Positions 60,863 through 64,000 of a stretch of DNA of 64,000 bases are shown one piece after another. The notes beneath the pieces were generated by a model that saw only the letters and a list, made by a program, of their open reading frames with translations, was not told the origin of the DNA and did no database searches. Made by a program: the position numbers and the translations under genes. Numbering within the stretch: position 1 is the first letter of the stretch; each line of letters starts with the position of its first letter. The DNA comes from a bacterium (GTDB lineage Bacteria > Hinthialibacterota > Hinthialibacteria > Hinthialibacterales > Hinthialibacteraceae), in the NCBI GenBank assembly GCA_041946805.1, contig JBHGBC010000010.1, forward strand, positions 14,763-78,762, in the 5' to 3' direction.

Positions 60863-61978
60863 CTACACGCGTTGCGTCCGGTAGAAAAAATACCCTCCGG
60901 CCAGGGCGCCGATCAGGTTGGGAATCCACAAGGCAAGCCAGACCGGCAGCGATCCCTCCTCGGCGTAGGTTTTGCCAAAATTGAGGAGAATATAGTAGAT
61001 GAAAATAATGGCGATGGTCATGCCGTAACACGAGGACCGCCGGCCGAGACCCGACTCCATCCCCAGCAACGCGCCCACCCAGGCCATGATCAGGCAGGCA
61101 AAGGGCAAGGTTTTGCGGTACTGGAGTTCGATTTGGAACTGATGATACAGCTGGGTGAATCCAGGCGTCCGGGCGGCGGGAGGGGCGTTGTGGTAATCCC
61201 TCAAGGTCTTGCGCAGGGCGTCGTTGCTGAATTTCTGCGACCATTTGCCTGTGTTCGCCATTTTCCGCAGCAGGTCCTGAATGCTGATGGTGAATGTCAA
61301 TTGTCCGAAATGGATGAACACCCCGCGGGAATCGGATTGGACCTGGTGCACGGTTCCCTGCTCCAGGCTGATCTGGATGGTGTTTTCCTTGGGAAAATAC
61401 TGGATGGTTCCCGCCGGAGCCGAAATCACGCCCACGATCTCTTCGCCCCGGCGTTCGAACATGCGGACGGAACTCATCCGCCCGTCCTCGATGGTGCTGG
61501 GGAGAATGATGAAATCGCCCAAGGCATTGAAACTCCCCGGCCGGATGCCCGTGGTGGAGGTGTTTTGCAGCACGCCGGCGGCCACGGAATCAAACAGGCG
61601 TAAACCCTTGGGAGCGATGCGATTGTGCCACCAAAAGAGCAGTACGGACAAAATCAGACCCAAGAGGAGAACCGGCTTGAGCAATTGAAAGGCGGAATAG
61701 CCCGCGGCTTGCAGGGCGGTCAGTTCATTTTCCTGCGCCATCCGCCCATACACCAGCAGGCTGGCCAGCAGGATGGACATGGGAAAAGTCAGCACCATGA
61801 TGCTGGGCAGGATGGAAAACAGGAGCGCAAGAGTGGATGAAAACGTGGCGCCTCCGGTGACCAGGAGGTCGGTGAGATCGTACAGCCGTTTGAGAAAAAA
61901 CACGAATGTGAAGAGGACCGTCCCTTCGGCTATCGCCACCAACATATCCAGGACAATCACGCGCGAAATGATTTTCAT
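60863..61978 (-). CDS. lptF: LPS export permease LptF
   Basis: YGRMAQENELTALQAAG; LPFAC; ALWIPN; upstream of lptG. Confidence 0.88.
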   Translation of the reverse strand: MKIISRVIVLDMLVAIAEGTVLFTFVFFLKRLYDLTDLLVTGGATFSSTLALLFSILPSIMVLTFPMSILLASLLVYGRMAQENELTALQAAGYSAFQLLKPVLLLGLILSVLLFWWHNRIAPKGLRLFDSVAAGVLQNTSTTGIRPGSFNALGDFIILPSTIEDGRMSSVRMFERRGEEIVGVISAPAGTIQYFPKENTIQISLEQGTVHQVQSDSRGVFIHFGQLTFTISIQDLLRKMANTGKWSQKFSNDALRKTLRDYHNAPPAARTPGFTQLYHQFQIELQYRKTLPFACLIMAWVGALLGMESGLGRRSSCYGMTIAIIFIYYILLNFGKTYAEEGSLPVWLALWIPNLIGALAGGYFFYRTQRV

Positions 61979-62014
61979 CGGCTGGAGAGTGCCTTGCCGC
62001 TGGCTCCTAGGGGA

Positions 62015-63676
62015 TCAATCAAAAAACACCGCGCCGCTGGCGGCGGAGGTGACGGTCTTTGCGTACCGGGCCAGCACGCCGGTTTTGATTTTCGGCTCCG
62101 GCTGCTTCCATTGCTTCCGGCGTTGGTTCAATTCCTCCTCGGACAGCCGGACCTGAAGGTTGCGGTTGGGAATGTCGATCTCGATGATGTCCCCTTCCTT
62201 CAGCAGGCCGATGGGGCCGCCTTCCATCGCTTCCGGTGACACATGCCCGATGGATGCGCCGGAGGTCGCGCCGGAAAAACGCCCGTCGGTGATCAAGGCC
62301 ACCTTGGCGGCCATGCCCATGCCCTTGACCACCGAAGTCGGAGTCAGCATCTCCGGCATTCCCGGGCCGCCCTTGGGGCCTTCGTAGCGGATCACCACGA
62401 CGTCGCCCTCGTTGATTTTCCGGGCCAGGATCGCCTCCACGGCCTCGTGTTCGGAGTTGAAGATCCGGGCCGGGCCGCTGTGCTTCATCATCTCGGGCAG
62501 CACCGCCGCGGCTTTGACCACGCTGCCGTCCGGCGCGAGATTGCCGTACAGGACGGCCAGCCCGCCGGTCCGGTGGTAGGGATTGTCCAACGGGCGGATG
62601 ACTTCGCTGTCACCCGGTTTGCTATCCTGAATGTTTTCGCCCAGCGTGCGGCCGGTGACCGTCATGGATCCCCCATCGATCAACCCAGCCATGTGCAAGG
62701 TTTTCAAGATCGAGGGAACTCCTCCCGCCCGGTCGAGGTCCTCCAAATGGAAGGGACCCGCGGGGGCCATGTTGCAGATGTGAGGGGTCTTCCCGCTGAT
62801 GGCGTTGAAATCCCGCAAGGTGATATCAACCCCCGCTTCGTGGGCGAGCGCGGGCAGGTGGAGCGAAGTGTTGGTCGATCCGCCGAAGGCCATATCGAGC
62901 GCGATGGCGTTCAAGAAAGCCCGATGCGTCAGGATGTCGCGGGCCTTGAGGTCCCGCCGCACCATTTCCATGATCTGAATGCCCGCCAGTTGCGCCAGGC
63001 GGATCCGGTCGGAAAAGACGGCGGGGATGGTGCCGTTGCCGGGGAGCGCGATGCCCAGGGCTTCGGCCAGGCAACTCATGGAGTTGGCCGTGAACATTCC
63101 GGAACAGGATCCCGCGCCCGGGCAGGCCGAGCAGCAGGTTTGCTCGTAAGCGTCCATCGCCAATTCCCCGGTTTTCGCGGGGGCGATGCGCTCGAAGATA
63201 GTGTTCAGGTCCACCGCCCGGCCCCGCTCGTAACCGGCCAGCATGGGGCCGCCGGTGACCAGGACCGTGGGGAGGTTGAGGCGCGCGGCGGCCATCAGCA
63301 TGCCCGGGGTGATCTTGTCGCAGTTGGATACGAGCACCAGGCCGTCGAAGGGATGGGCCTGCGCCATGATCTCCACGCTGTCGGCGATGATCTCGCGGCT
63401 GACCAACGAATAGCGCATGCCGAGATGGTTCATGGCGATGCCGTCGCAGACGCCGATAGTATTGAATTCCACCGGCGTGCCGCCCGCGGCCAGCACACCC
63501 CGCTTGACCGCGTTGCCGATTTTGTTCAATTCAATGTGTCCGGGAATGATTTCGTTGAAGGAGTTGGCGATTCCAATGATGGGTTTTTCGAGATCGCGCG
63601 GGGAGAGGCCGGCCGCGTACCACAGGCTGCGGTGAGGTCCCTTTTCCACTCCGGTTTTCATCACATCGCTGCGCAT
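62015..63676 (-). CDS. ilvD: Dihydroxy-acid dehydratase
   Basis: [55 protein letters not shown]. Confidence 0.97.
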   Translation of the reverse strand: MRSDVMKTGVEKGPHRSLWYAAGLSPRDLEKPIIGIANSFNEIIPGHIELNKIGNAVKRGVLAAGGTPVEFNTIGVCDGIAMNHLGMRYSLVSREIIADSVEIMAQAHPFDGLVLVSNCDKITPGMLMAAARLNLPTVLVTGGPMLAGYERGRAVDLNTIFERIAPAKTGELAMDAYEQTCCSACPGAGSCSGMFTANSMSCLAEALGIALPGNGTIPAVFSDRIRLAQLAGIQIMEMVRRDLKARDILTHRAFLNAIALDMAFGGSTNTSLHLPALAHEAGVDITLRDFNAISGKTPHICNMAPAGPFHLEDLDRAGGVPSILKTLHMAGLIDGGSMTVTGRTLGENIQDSKPGDSEVIRPLDNPYHRTGGLAVLYGNLAPDGSVVKAAAVLPEMMKHSGPARIFNSEHEAVEAILARKINEGDVVVIRYEGPKGGPGMPEMLTPTSVVKGMGMAAKVALITDGRFSGATSGASIGHVSPEAMEGGPIGLLKEGDIIEIDIPNRNLQVRLSEEELNQRRKQWKQPEPKIKTGVLARYAKTVTSAASGAVFFD

Positions 63677-63870
63677 GGATTGTTTAACCTCCAAGGATGC
63701 GGATGGTTTTATCCTAGCCTCTTCCCCGCCCTATTCAAGCAACCACCCCTATTGCGCTTTCTGAATATTCTCATTTTAATGCTGCTTGAATGATCTAAAT
63801 CGTGGTGGATGAGTTTTCACCTGGAGGAGCGTGCCGCAACGCGTCCCTATATCCATGCACCCAGTTAGAT

Positions 63871-63939
63871 TCCCTCACCCCGGCCCTCACCCCGGGGGAG
63901 AGGGAGAAAAAAAGGAGGTTCATCCGGCAAGTGCGTACC
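63871..63939. mobile_element. REP palindrome followed by the start of another TIR-bounded element
   Basis: CCCTCACCCCGGCCCTCACCCCGGGGGAGAGGGA, then GGTTCATCCGGCAAGTGCGTACC, whose 20 bp from 63920 are identical to the TIR at 25329. Confidence 0.7.
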
Positions 63940-64000
63940 TGCTAGTGCAAAAGGCCTTTCATTCACTCGCTAATCCGGGTGGACACCCAGGTCCGACACT

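Noticed and set aside
62243..63793. Long antisense ORFs (also 5452-6705, 13647-14924, 15125-16453, 29531-30868, 44582-45676)
   Set aside because: Shadow ORFs opposite well-supported genes, expected with GC-rich codon bias; no recognisable motifs

Overview
A GC-rich bacterial chromosomal segment of about 50 CDS. The lptFG pair indicates a diderm, and the many Tat-exported Gfo/Idh/MocA and DUF362 proteins plus DUF1080 and HEAT proteins suggest a PVC-adjacent or candidate-phylum heterotroph (inference only). Housekeeping genes: murB, engB, adk, fba, lysA, dapL, nfo, dtd, lptFG, ilvD. Accessory content: signalling modules, glycoside-oxidation genes, a corrinoid methyltransferase cluster and an AmmeMemoRadiSam operon. 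I saw no rRNA, tRNA, CRISPR array or transposase. Notable points: (1) a near-canonical 28-bp dif site at 57359-57386 with apparent KOPS polarity, so the window probably spans the replication terminus; (2) a caspase-like CHAT protease fused to about 7 TM helices and a TPR-like tail, resembling a one-component protease receptor; (3) an AmmeMemoRadiSam + DUF362 operon in which every protein has an export signal; (4) an unannotated 56-aa ORF inside the corrinoid methyltransferase cluster; (5) a family of MITE-like elements with shared ISL3-like ends that carry REP palindromes, alongside at least four REP families; (6) a degenerate nucleotidyltransferase-like gene coupled to lysA. All family assignments come from motif recognition by eye; no searches were run.
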